A DNA stretch of 42,976 bases from a virus. Lineage: Duplodnaviria > Caudoviricetes. Under the pieces are notes generated by a model, which was not told the DNA's origin, did not search any database, and saw only the letters and a program-made list of their open reading frames with translations. The stretch is from positions 1 through 42,976 of IMG/VR virus record IMGVR_UViG_3300028585_000010, one strand, 5' to 3'. Within the stretch, counting starts at the first letter, position 1. Every line of letters begins with the position of its first letter. Of this stretch, positions 1-7,826 are shown piece after piece. Made by a program: the position numbers and the translations under genes.

Positions 1-127
1 CGATGATGACGATGAGTTTCATTTCTCTTTCTCCCTTGTTTTATTGGTCGGTCTTCTTGCGCCTAGGCTTACTACCCGCTGCCCTAGCTTCCTCGCTAGT
101 GAAGCGATGCGCTACCCCTTTGGCGCT
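1..127. repeat. Exact terminal direct repeat (copy 1), likely circular-assembly overlap
   Basis: 1-127 is identical to 42850-42976; 127 is a common assembler k-mer size and the repeat cuts through coding sequence. Confidence 0.95.
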
Positions 128-220
128 GGCGCTGTGTCCACCTTTAGCGGCTACTTCCTTGCGGCGCTCTGCGGTCATTGCTGCAAAGCCACGTGGCTTT
201 TTTGGTTTCGGTTCGGTCAT
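41..220 (-). CDS. KGG-repeat (general stress/Con-10-like) small protein, 59 aa; not in ORF track
   Basis: Manual translation MTEPKPKKPRGFAAMTAERRKEVAAKGGHSASAKGVAHRFTSEEARAAGSKPRRKKTDQ; RGFAAM..ERR.E.AAKGG and AHRFTSEEARAAG motifs; AGGAG RBS upstream. Confidence 0.85.
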   Translation of the reverse strand: MTEPKPKKPRGFAAMTAERRKEVAAKGGHSASAKGVAHRFTSEEARAAGSKPRRKKTDQ

Positions 221-241
221 ACTGGCTCCTGTGCTGTTAGT

Positions 242-277
242 GAACTCTACTATGCACTAGCAGAGTTCCCAGCGCAA
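242..277 (-). promoter_or_regulatory. Putative sigma70 promoter overlapped by a palindromic operator-like site
   Basis: Minus strand TTGCGC-17 nt-CATAGT; near-perfect inverted repeat GAACTCT...AGAGTTC at 242-268. Confidence 0.45.
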
Positions 278-285
278 GCGATTTC

Positions 286-393
286 TCAATCTCTAGCAGA
301 AATACGACGCTCGCCCTTGTCCATACTGTTGACCGTGCTACCGAACAGCCTTGCAACTGCGTATCCAACTGCTAACCAGTAGAGCATGTACAT
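286..393 (-). CDS. Small putative membrane peptide, 35 aa
   Basis: MYMLYWLAVGYAVARLFGSTVNSMDKGERRISARD with AGGAG RBS; fills the gap between ninB and the KGG gene. Confidence 0.45.
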   Translation of the reverse strand: MYMLYWLAVGYAVARLFGSTVNSMDKGERRISARD

Positions 394-417
394 AGTGACT
401 CCTTGGGAGGGATGGGA

Positions 418-783
418 CTACTCGGACCACTTAACGTTGTGCTGCGCGCCGAATGCGGAGATTAGTTCAAGCAAATCAGACATCTCGGCTTTCGTCATCT
501 TGCTCGTGGACTGGCCCAGCACCACGAAGCCAGTACCTTCGAGATTCGGAACTACGTCCTGGCGCTTCAAGCTCGATGTAAAGATATGCTTCCAACAGGC
601 AGAGTCTAGCTTCCGACCATGCCAAACGACTTGAGCCGCTACATCGTTCAGCATGGCCCATAAGGCTGCGTTCTGTTCGAGCGACCTAGTAGGCGGCTTG
701 ATCGTCACCACGTGGCCATCAGGAGCGTCTAGGACGCCCTGTACGGCACGCTGCCTAGCCTGTCGATGGACTAGGCGGTACAT
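418..783 (-). CDS. ninB: NinB/Orf family recombination protein
   Basis: RSLEQNAALWAML..VA.QVVWHG and STSKMTKAEMSDLLELISAFGA motifs. Confidence 0.9.
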   Translation of the reverse strand: MYRLVHRQARQRAVQGVLDAPDGHVVTIKPPTRSLEQNAALWAMLNDVAAQVVWHGRKLDSACWKHIFTSSLKRQDVVPNLEGTGFVVLGQSTSKMTKAEMSDLLELISAFGAQHNVKWSE

Positions 784-1424
784 TAGACGGAACCAATTCT
801 AGGAGCAGGCCCACGCAATATTTCTTCATTTGCCGAGACCATTTCAGCAAACAGCAGCAAGTCATCTTCTAGCGCCTGGATTTTCTCTTCGTCCCGCGTG
901 ATGCGAACGATGGTTAGGTGCCGCCCGATTGGCTCAAGGTCAGGTGCCCACAGAACAAGGTCGCACCACTTGCGACCAGTCAGCCACATCGCACCAAGAA
1001 TCTGATCCGTATAGGCGCTGATATCGCCACTAAACGCCGTGAACAGCGTGTCAGACGAAACCATAGTCTTGACCTCAAGGATGCCGTTATCGTCAATCAG
1101 GCCGTCAACAGACACGCCGAACAGTCGGTCATCGGTGGTGTAAAAGCCGACCTCGTTAACCAGGTATCCGGTCTGTGCTTCATAAGCAATCCGTGCAAAT
1201 GCTTCCTGCTCGGATCCAAAACGCATGGCCGCATTCACGTAGACCTCGCCAGCCTTGCCGCCTACTCGCTCGCGTGCAACGTCCTGCGCATAGCCGATAC
1301 ACTTCTTGTCAGGTGCCCCGCCCTTGAGTCGGGATCGTGCGTCTTTGAAGCGGCTGGCGGTAATGACGCCTTTGCGAGCGTCAAGCCATTCCTGCGAACC
1401 TTGCGGATGATCGTAGTAGATCAT
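783..1424 (-). CDS. YqaJ/lambda-exonuclease family recombination nuclease
   Basis: QGSQEWLDAR..ITASRF, SVDGL, LEVK and Y..QI..AMW motifs; adjacent to an annealase. Confidence 0.9.
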   Translation of the reverse strand: MIYYDHPQGSQEWLDARKGVITASRFKDARSRLKGGAPDKKCIGYAQDVARERVGGKAGEVYVNAAMRFGSEQEAFARIAYEAQTGYLVNEVGFYTTDDRLFGVSVDGLIDDNGILEVKTMVSSDTLFTAFSGDISAYTDQILGAMWLTGRKWCDLVLWAPDLEPIGRHLTIVRITRDEEKIQALEDDLLLFAEMVSANEEILRGPAPRIGSV

Positions 1425-2191
1425 TCGGACACCCCGCGCTGTGCATCCAGTTCCTCGGGCGTCAATTCAGGCGCTGGCGCTTCCATGTCAATCGTCATGG
1501 CCGATTCCTTCAACTCCTTGCCGCGAGCCGCCACAGCCGCTTTAAAGCTCGCGTACAGGCCCTTGTCATTGGCCGCTTGAATTTCCTTGATGCCTGCCTG
1601 CCATACCGCCGTAACTTCTTCTGTCGTCGTGCAAGCTGCGACTGCTGCCATCCAGTCTTGAGAGATGGCTTGCTCAGTGGCTGGCGTCGAGTTGATATCC
1701 TTCATCGGCGCATGGATAGGCTCAACGTCCTGCGCTTCCTCAACCGTCAGCATCCCCCCGATAGCGCCAGGAAACACGGCACGGACGCCTTCAGCGATGC
1801 AGCGCGCACGAAGCATGGCCTGCGGGTAGTTCTTCCAGTTGTCCTTGTTGGTCAGGTTCGCTTTCTTCGCCTGCTCGAATGTCCACTCCACACGAAGCGA
1901 GCCGCCCTGCTTATGGCTGAACGTGCCGCAAGCGCGCAACGAGTTGATTTCTTCCCATGACACCGAACCGCCCGCAGCTTGGAAACGAGCCAGAATCGAA
2001 TGGGTCTTGCGCGCTGGACGGCCTTGCACGATGTCAAAATCTTGAATAGCTGTCATCGGGTGCAAGCCTTCAGCCTGAGCCAGCAGCATCAAGCTCATGG
2101 CCTGCGATTCATCCTTGGCCCCGAATAGCTTGGACCGGACGATGTAGGACGCCATGCTTTCCATTTCATTGAATGCGACGATATTGCTCAC
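1421..2191 (-). CDS. RecT/Red-beta-like single-strand annealing protein
   Basis: NWKNYPQAMLRARCIAEGVRAVFP..IGG.LTVEEAQD motif; coupled to the exonuclease; GTG start with GGGAG RBS. Confidence 0.8.
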   Translation of the reverse strand: MSNIVAFNEMESMASYIVRSKLFGAKDESQAMSLMLLAQAEGLHPMTAIQDFDIVQGRPARKTHSILARFQAAGGSVSWEEINSLRACGTFSHKQGGSLRVEWTFEQAKKANLTNKDNWKNYPQAMLRARCIAEGVRAVFPGAIGGMLTVEEAQDVEPIHAPMKDINSTPATEQAISQDWMAAVAACTTTEEVTAVWQAGIKEIQAANDKGLYASFKAAVAARGKELKESAMTIDMEAPAPELTPEELDAQRGVSE

Positions 2192-2256
2192 TTCTTTCTC
2201 CCTGTTGTTACTTCGTAGCCAGAAGGTAGGCTTGCTGATAGGCGGTGCGGTCGTAT

Positions 2257-2502
2257 TCAGTCATCAGCACGCTCATATGTCGCATCAAAAATATCCGGCT
2301 TACAGGGGTAGAACTCACCCTTTATGCCCTTGATGATCCAGTCACCAACGCTGGCGATCATGGTTCCTTCAAGCGTTGGGATTCCAACTTTGTCGGAGCC
2401 TAGCGACTGGTGCAGTTCAGGGATGTTGAATGCGTCAAGACATTCGAGCTTGCCGGTCCACTGGATCGCCTCAATGACAACTGGCTTTTTACGGAACTTC
2501 AT
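2257..2502 (-). CDS. Conserved phage protein (PGDYG-like), 81 aa
   Basis: MKFRKKPVVIEAIQW...IPTLEG.M.AS.GDWIIKGIKGEFYPCKPDIFDATYE; start moved to ATG 2502 behind AAGGAG. Confidence 0.85.
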   Translation of the reverse strand: MKFRKKPVVIEAIQWTGKLECLDAFNIPELHQSLGSDKVGIPTLEGTMIASVGDWIIKGIKGEFYPCKPDIFDATYERADD

Positions 2503-2816
2503 CTTTCTCTCCTTGTTATAGGTACTGCACCTTTTCTCTAGGCATAGAGCAAGCCAAGGAGTTGATGCCCTCCCCAGCCATACCCAATCAATAAAACAGA
2601 TCAAATACTGCTGCTGCCATAAGCGGTCAATTCGATTTCCAGAGCACCCGTTTCGTGGGCTAAACGCTATATCAACTGTTTGCTCTGTTCCTGGGATGCC
2701 TTGACCAAGCTCCACGCGCTGGCTTGCTAGTAAGCGCTCGACTTTCCTCCCGCGCCGGCATCAATGTGGCCGCTTAATAACGCTCGGGGTGCGGTCGATG
2801 AGTAGTCCAGAAATGC

Positions 2817-2926
2817 AAAAAGGCTAAGTATTCTGCTCTCCTGTGGTGCGACACAGTTGCGGTCTAACCCGCTAGAAAACAGAATACTTAGCCCTCGTTG
2901 TCATTGAGTCGCACCTCATCGACAAC
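2817..2926 (-). ncRNA. C4 antisense-like RNA #1 with upstream target hairpin and overlapping terminator
   Basis: Three-way junction: stem GGCTAAGTATTCTG/CAGAATACTTAGCC, P2 GCGG-GTTAGA-CCGC, P3 loop GTCGCACC complementary to upstream hairpin GGTGCGAC; followed by a T-tract. Confidence 0.7.
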
Positions 2927-2935
2927 ACCAGGGTA

Positions 2936-3280
2936 TCAACCGGCCTGATCTATGTCAAGCTTCTTGTAGCTGAAATCGGACTCTTCAAGATAGTAGTAAG
3001 TTTTGTCATGACGGTTGTATTCGCATTTCAGGGTAGCTAGATAGTGGACGCCATCAACGATGAACTCTTGCTCGTATTCATCTTGCCCTCGGTTGTAAGC
3101 TCCTTGGCAGTCATCGAATGCGAAGCCTTGCATGCGCTCTTCTAGCACGCCCTCAGCCTCTTCTAGCGATGGGAAGACGTTCTGCTCTGGCGCTGACTCG
3201 AATGCGGTCAGTGCTTGTTCTGCTGCTGCCAGAGAGGCTTTAGCGGTTTCAACATTCTGCTTGAGTTGTTCGATATTCAT
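2936..3280 (-). CDS. Hypothetical protein
   Basis: ORF starting MNIEQLKQ behind AAGGAG. Confidence 0.75.
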   Translation of the reverse strand: MNIEQLKQNVETAKASLAAAEQALTAFESAPEQNVFPSLEEAEGVLEERMQGFAFDDCQGAYNRGQDEYEQEFIVDGVHYLATLKCEYNRHDKTYYYLEESDFSYKKLDIDQAG

Positions 3281-3385
3281 TTTATACTCCTTGGTTTGAT
3301 TAAAGTTAAACTGCGGGTTCCGCGAAGGGCGGAACTGCATTCGACTGATCGTTATCGTTCATTCACTCACTCCTTAGTTATCTTG

Positions 3386-3419
3386 CCGGTGCCGCTGTCT
3401 GGATAGGTAGCGGCACCGG
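3386..3419. other. Intergenic 11-bp perfect inverted repeat (RNA hairpin or processing site)
   Basis: CCGGTGCCGCT-12 nt-AGCGGCACCGG; no T-tract. Confidence 0.5.
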
Positions 3420-3425
3420 ATATGC

Positions 3426-3821
3426 TTAATTAGCCTTGGTGAAGGTCTGCACAGTGACCAGCTTCTGTTCTTCTTGGCAGGCCACATCGTAAGCGTATTC
3501 GATCCAGTCTACGGCCTCAGGCTCTCCATGCTTGCCGCCGCCGTACCAGTACGTGAAGCCGACCCACGAACCGTCAACATACTTAACGGCTACCGCCTCG
3601 CTTTCGTAGTGGCGAGAGTACTCGCATTCCAGTCCGGTTTCGGTGCCCGACGAACGGATTTCGTTGCGCGCGTCCTGAAGCTCGTAATCATCGCCATCGG
3701 TCTCGTTGTAGATTTCATCAATGTTGCCTGCGTCGATCTCTTCTGGCAGCTCAAAGTCGTTGTAGCCAAAGCCTGCATGGCGAATTAGGATCAGGTGCTT
3801 GAGTTTCTGTTCTGGCGTCAT
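3426..3821 (-). CDS. Conserved phage hypothetical protein
   Basis: MTPEQKLK...SRHYESEAVA...DGSWVGFTYWYGGGKHGEPEA; AAGGAG RBS. Confidence 0.8.
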   Translation of the reverse strand: MTPEQKLKHLILIRHAGFGYNDFELPEEIDAGNIDEIYNETDGDDYELQDARNEIRSSGTETGLECEYSRHYESEAVAVKYVDGSWVGFTYWYGGGKHGEPEAVDWIEYAYDVACQEEQKLVTVQTFTKAN

Positions 3822-3883
3822 TTCTTTCTCCTTAGTTCGATTAGTGTTGTCCAGCGGGTGCCGCAAAGCGCGGCATTACGCAC

Positions 3884-4048
3884 TCAAAGTGCAACTACAG
3901 TGTATTTCTTCACCTCTGCATCATACCCATTACTCTGCGCCCACTTCAGAGCAGCCCACTTAGCTGACTGCTCGTCTGTTGCCTGGACTTCGGTCGAGAA
4001 GTCGTGCTTGATGCCCCGAAAAGTGATTTGCACTCGGTAGGTTCTCAT
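3884..4048 (-). CDS. Hypothetical protein
   Basis: ORF in a tightly packed leftward operon. Confidence 0.55.
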   Translation of the reverse strand: MRTYRVQITFRGIKHDFSTEVQATDEQSAKWAALKWAQSNGYDAEVKKYTVVAL

Positions 4049-4050
4049 GG

Positions 4051-4248
4051 CTAAGGTTTCCAGCACATCCCCAAGAAATCATCAGCGTAAGCCTCTTTGA
4101 TTTTCTCTCGCAGCGATGGGAACTGGTGCGTGAATACTGGGTGCCCCAAGCGCTTCTCAACATCCTCGTGGAAGTCGGAAAAGCTTTCTACAGCCATGTA
4201 GCCAGTAAAACCCGTGATCACCAACGCTTGCTCTTTAGTGAACTTCAT
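4051..4248 (-). CDS. Conserved phage hypothetical protein
   Basis: VITGFTG....FSDFHEDVEKRLGHPVFTHQF; overlaps the upstream stop codon. Confidence 0.75.
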   Translation of the reverse strand: MKFTKEQALVITGFTGYMAVESFSDFHEDVEKRLGHPVFTHQFPSLREKIKEAYADDFLGMCWKP

Positions 4249-4394
4249 TTCCCCACCTCCTTATCAAAATATCCCGCTTCCAGTTGCTTAAGCAACCTTC
4301 GTGCCTCTTTCTCGCGCTTGGTCAGGGCTGCGAATCCATCTAAGCAGAGGTAGATGGTCAGGCCGATGATGGCTAGGGCTAGAATGTCGGTCAT
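4245..4394 (-). CDS. Small membrane-anchored hypothetical protein
   Basis: MTDILALAIIGLTIYLCL hydrophobic N-terminus; ATGA coupling. Confidence 0.55.
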   Translation of the reverse strand: MTDILALAIIGLTIYLCLDGFAALTKREKEARRLLKQLEAGYFDKEVGK

Positions 4395-4582
4395 TCTGCA
4401 AGCGCCTTGAAGTAGCTGTAAAGGCACTCAACCGTCGAGTGCTGCGGATCAGGCGACTTGCCCGAGCTAATCAAGCTGATCGTCTTCTGAGTCAGGCCAG
4501 TGCGGCGCGCAGTCTCCGCATTGTTGTAAGCCTTATCGTTGAGCTTCCGTACTACATACTGAAGCATGGTTTCTTGCTGCAT
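4391..4582 (-). CDS. XRE/Cro-like helix-turn-helix regulator, 63 aa
   Basis: NNAETARRTGLTQKTISLISSGKSPDPQHSTVECL HTH; first gene of the leftward operon; AAGGAG RBS. Confidence 0.85.
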   Translation of the reverse strand: MQQETMLQYVVRKLNDKAYNNAETARRTGLTQKTISLISSGKSPDPQHSTVECLYSYFKALAE

Positions 4583-4612
4583 CTCGATCACTCCTTGTTG
4601 GTCAGTGATGTA

Positions 4613-4704
4613 ATCATACATCGCACGAACAGCAAGCTGCAAGCTGTATTTGTAGTCACGCACGTAAAATATCTGTTGACGCGGGTTTCTTGTTCAGGCA
4701 TAGT
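4613..4704. promoter_or_regulatory. Divergent early promoter region
   Basis: Plus: TTGACG(4676)-17-CATAGT(4699); minus: TTGCAG-18-TATGAT (4642-4613); lies at the strand switch. Confidence 0.6.
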
Positions 4705-4752
4705 TCTACCCATGGCAGCGCATTCGACGCAGCGGATACGATAAAGAAAATT

Positions 4753-4953
4753 ATGCAACTCACCAGCAAAGAACACTACGAATTGATGACCAGCTTTGAG
4801 CGCACTTTCAAAGGCCATCGCCTGGATAGGGAAGAAAAATCGATGTGGCCACGTGGAGCTGTTTATCAGGATGGTGGAGTGAACAACCTTTTCAAAGCCT
4901 TCCGGGAAGGATATTCGCTACACCAAGCCATTGCACGAATGGAAGCCGCCTAA
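4753..4953 (+). CDS. Hypothetical protein
   Basis: MQLTSKEHYELM...YQDGGVNNLFKAFREGY; first gene after the rightward promoter. Confidence 0.7.
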   Translation: MQLTSKEHYELMTSFERTFKGHRLDREEKSMWPRGAVYQDGGVNNLFKAFREGYSLHQAIARMEAA

Positions 4954-4999
4954 CCGCCAACCCGCGCCCTTCGGGGCGAACAAGTAGCCGGAGGATCAC

Positions 5000-5137
5000 A
5001 TGAAAGCATCCCGCCCGACGCAAGTGCAGTTGAAGCAGTATTTGACCAACAGGCGAGCAGAGGGCGGGCCGCCTCCGACACCGGAGCGAATCCGGGAAAT
5101 GCTGGGGTGGAATCTGATACCGGCCAACAAGAAGTAA
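5000..5137 (+). CDS. Small hypothetical protein, 45 aa; not in ORF track
   Basis: MKASRPTQVQLKQYLTNRRAEGGPPPTPERIREMLGWNLIPANKK with GGAGG RBS. Confidence 0.65.
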   Translation: MKASRPTQVQLKQYLTNRRAEGGPPPTPERIREMLGWNLIPANKK

Positions 5138-5181
5138 GACTAACCGCGCTGCACTGTGTGGCGCTACTAGGAGAGAAGAAG

Positions 5182-5679
5182 ATGAAAAATGTGCTTGACC
5201 CTTGCTGCGGTTCGCGAATGATGTGGTTTGACAAAGCAGACCCTCGCGCCATATTCGGTGACCGTCGCAGTGAAACGCTGGTCGTTACTGACAACAGCAA
5301 GGGCAATAAGTCAGGAACTCGTACTTTGAAGATTGAGCCGGATACCCTTATGGACTTTCGCAAGCTTCCGTTCGATGATAGCTCGTTCAAGTTGATCGCT
5401 TTCGACCCGCCTCACCTAGAACATGCCGGGCCAAAAAGCTGGCTGGCGGCAAAGTACGGAAAGCTATCCGACAACTGGCGTGCTGACCTCAGTGCGGGCT
5501 TCTCTGAGTGCTTCCGGGTGCTGGAGACAAACGGTGTTCTGGTATTTAAGTGGAATGAGACTCAGGTAAAGCTGAAAGAGGTTCTTTCTCTGACGCCGCA
5601 TGCGCCGTTGTTCGGGCAAGTGTCAGGACGTAGTGGAATGACTCACTGGCTCGTATTTATGAAAGGAGAGGAAAAATGA
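5182..5679 (+). CDS. SAM-dependent methyltransferase, probably an amino (N6A/N4C) DNA methyltransferase
   Basis: VLDPCCGS SAM-binding motif and FDPPH catalytic-type motif. Confidence 0.85.
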   Translation: MKNVLDPCCGSRMMWFDKADPRAIFGDRRSETLVVTDNSKGNKSGTRTLKIEPDTLMDFRKLPFDDSSFKLIAFDPPHLEHAGPKSWLAAKYGKLSDNWRADLSAGFSECFRVLETNGVLVFKWNETQVKLKEVLSLTPHAPLFGQVSGRSGMTHWLVFMKGEEK

Positions 5680-5843
5680 ACCGCCTCTACACCCGCAAGC
5701 CGCTCATCAAGCGCATTGCATCTAACCGCTGGGTAGTTGCTGCTCTGTTCTTGGCCGCTATCCTGGCGCTTCAAGGGCTGGCAGAAGCAGCCTGTATTCC
5801 TCTTGATTGCGTATATGACGCACGAATCGAAACAGCATCCTAG
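5676..5843 (+). CDS. Small membrane/secreted hypothetical protein, 55 aa; not in ORF track
   Basis: MNRLYTRKPLIKRIASNRWVVAALFLAAILALQGLAEAACIPLDC...; overlaps the upstream stop, GGAG RBS. Confidence 0.55.
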   Translation: MNRLYTRKPLIKRIASNRWVVAALFLAAILALQGLAEAACIPLDCVYDARIETAS

Positions 5844-5856
5844 ACTGGAGAAAAGA

Positions 5857-6114
5857 ATGAACGACTTCAAAACTGGCGACACCGTATTCGACGCCGATGG
5901 CAACTCTGCACGCTACCTTGGCCGCGATGGTACTGGCTACGCTGTCCTTCCATACGGCGGTGGCGGCGATACGGTTGACTGGATCGGACAACACGCTGTA
6001 TGGCCGGAGGTCTTCGCTGAGCCGCCAAAGATGCCGATGCACTTCAAGCTGGTGATGCTGGCCTGCCCGGTAGCCGCAATTGTCGGGATGATCTATGCCG
6101 GGGTGACATCGTAA
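5857..6114 (+). CDS. Hypothetical protein with C-terminal hydrophobic helix
   Basis: MNDFKTGDTVFD... behind GGAG RBS. Confidence 0.65.
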   Translation: MNDFKTGDTVFDADGNSARYLGRDGTGYAVLPYGGGGDTVDWIGQHAVWPEVFAEPPKMPMHFKLVMLACPVAAIVGMIYAGVTS

Positions 6115-6750
6115 ATGCGTAGGACTGAGCTTAAAAGGAAGGCTCCATTGCCGCGCGTACCCCCACCTGAAGGCAAGCCACCAAAGCTGAAGTCGTGCAA
6201 GGTTTGCCGCCAGAAGTTTCAACCGCGTACGCCGCTGCAAGTTGCATGTGGATGGGAATGCGCCCAAGTACATGGTCAGAAGGTGACGGCGCAGCAGAAG
6301 GCTAAGCAGCAGCGGCAGGAGAGGGCGCAGGACAAGGCGAAACTCGACAGCATGAAGACGATCCCTAAGCTGAAGGCCGAGTTGCAAACTGTCTTCAACC
6401 TTTACATCAGACTTCGGGATGCTGGCAAGCCCTGTATCTGCTGCGGCAAGTTCGCCACTGCTGCGGCTCTTGCAAAGCCTGGTGGCGCTTACGACAGTTG
6501 CCACTACCGTAGCCGGGGCAGTGCTGATCACCTTCGCTACAACGAAGACAATGTGCATCTTGGTCTTAAGGACTGCAATACGTGGGGTCATAAAGACTAT
6601 AGAGGTGGACTAATAGCCCGCATTGGCCTTGAGAGGGTCGAGGCACTGGAATCAGACCAAGCATTGGTGAAGTGGACGCATGACTGGCTGCGATCTACAA
6701 AGGCGCTGTATCAAGCTAGAGTGCGCGAACTGAAGCGTAATCAAGAATGA
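6115..6750 (+). CDS. ninG: NinG/Rap family recombination endonuclease
   Basis: CKVC..F.PR..LQVAC..ECA, FNLYIRLRD...PCICCG, HYRSRG...LRYNEDNVH, YRGGLIARIG. Confidence 0.92.
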   Translation: MRRTELKRKAPLPRVPPPEGKPPKLKSCKVCRQKFQPRTPLQVACGWECAQVHGQKVTAQQKAKQQRQERAQDKAKLDSMKTIPKLKAELQTVFNLYIRLRDAGKPCICCGKFATAAALAKPGGAYDSCHYRSRGSADHLRYNEDNVHLGLKDCNTWGHKDYRGGLIARIGLERVEALESDQALVKWTHDWLRSTKALYQARVRELKRNQE

Positions 6751-6953
6751 GTCGTGACAAATCCGAATGCTGCGGCCTATGCGCCAGATTCAGCCGCAAG
6801 GATCAAGCGCAGACCGATCTAGGCAACGGCTGGTGCAGCGGATACGAGCGATACGTTCACTGTGCCCGCAGGCCTACAGTGCTGTTTAATCCCGCGCAAA
6901 GAGGGCAGATGCCAGAGCGCCGGGCGTTTATAGAAAAACATAAGGGGGAGTGA
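6747..6953 (+). CDS. Cys-rich hypothetical protein
   Basis: CGLC...GWC...C; coupled to ninG. Confidence 0.65.
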   Translation: MSRDKSECCGLCARFSRKDQAQTDLGNGWCSGYERYVHCARRPTVLFNPAQRGQMPERRAFIEKHKGE

Positions 6954-6954
6954 T

Positions 6955-7623
6955 ATGGAAAAGAAATTAGACAGTCGTGGCCGAGTGATGAAAGTTGTCC
7001 CACTGGGCGAACGCCAAAGGCTGCGGATCCTGGCTGTGCTTGCTGAAGAAGCAATGAGCGCGGCTGACATTGGCGATCGTATCCATCTGAGCAAAGATAT
7101 GGTTCTGAAACACTTGAAGGCGATGCGCGAAGAGTCTCCTAGGCGCATCCATGTTGGCTCGTACACGATCAACGGTACTGGCCGGCCTACGCCGCTCTAT
7201 GCGATCGGCAATGAGCCAGATGCGGAGTACCACCATCAGACTGTGCTCAAGAGCCATCATCACCGCTTGCTGGGCATCGTATTGGCCGAGCTTGAGCAGT
7301 CGCCTAGAACGATCCGCGAACTGTCCATTCTCACCAAGCTTTCCATCTCCGGCGCTCGCAACCTAGTAAGTGAGCTGCGCGAGATGGGCTGGTGCTATCT
7401 GTCCGCCTGGGCGCCCCCCGTGAACCGCAACCGTGCGCCGATCTTCTCTGTAGGAATTGGTAAGGACGCGCCTCCAGCGGTAACGACTCGGGCTAAGCGT
7501 TGGAAACAAGAGAAAGCGGACCCTGATCTGCACAAGCGTAATTTGGCTAAGCGCCGCACTAAGGCACTGGCCGCACGCACTCTCAAGAAGCCGCAGGGCG
7601 TATTTGCAGCGCTGTTTGCATGA
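6955..7623 (+). CDS. Tandem winged-HTH DNA-binding protein
   Basis: Two HTH-like units (MSAADIGDRIHLSKDMVLKHL; TIRELSILTKLSISGARNLV), each followed by a similar RP/AP.Y/F..G..DA segment. Confidence 0.7.
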   Translation: MEKKLDSRGRVMKVVPLGERQRLRILAVLAEEAMSAADIGDRIHLSKDMVLKHLKAMREESPRRIHVGSYTINGTGRPTPLYAIGNEPDAEYHHQTVLKSHHHRLLGIVLAELEQSPRTIRELSILTKLSISGARNLVSELREMGWCYLSAWAPPVNRNRAPIFSVGIGKDAPPAVTTRAKRWKQEKADPDLHKRNLAKRRTKALAARTLKKPQGVFAALFA

Positions 7624-7826
7624 AACTAGAACTCCAGGTGATGGCATACATGCGATGCCACAAGCAAGCGCTTACCGAGCAGGTTGCAGAGGCGCTAGGG
7701 CGGTCTATCAAAGCAGTCTACCTATGCCTACGTCGGCTAGCATTTCAAGGCAAGGTGGCGCGTCTGGGCAGGTCTGTGAACAACGTAATGCGGTGGCAAA
7801 TAATAAAGGGGAAAGCAAATGTCTAA
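7620..7826 (+). CDS. Small winged-HTH protein
   Basis: LTEQVAEALGRSIKAVYLCLRRLAFQGKV. Confidence 0.65.
   Translation: MKLELQVMAYMRCHKQALTEQVAEALGRSIKAVYLCLRRLAFQGKVARLGRSVNNVMRWQIIKGKANV

Noticed and set aside
2244-2253. GGTGCGGTCG shared with 2788-2797 as a second C4 target
   Set aside because: On the transcribed strand it has the same sense as the C4 loop, so it cannot be its target; a 10-mer match may be chance
2503-2715. N-terminal extension of ORF 2257-2715
   Set aside because: The recognisable family begins at MKFRKKP with a strong RBS at 2502
4966-4977. GCCCTTCGGGGC hairpin (also at 11872) as a nut/boxB site
   Set aside because: No boxA or N-like gene recognised, and the second copy lies inside a coding region
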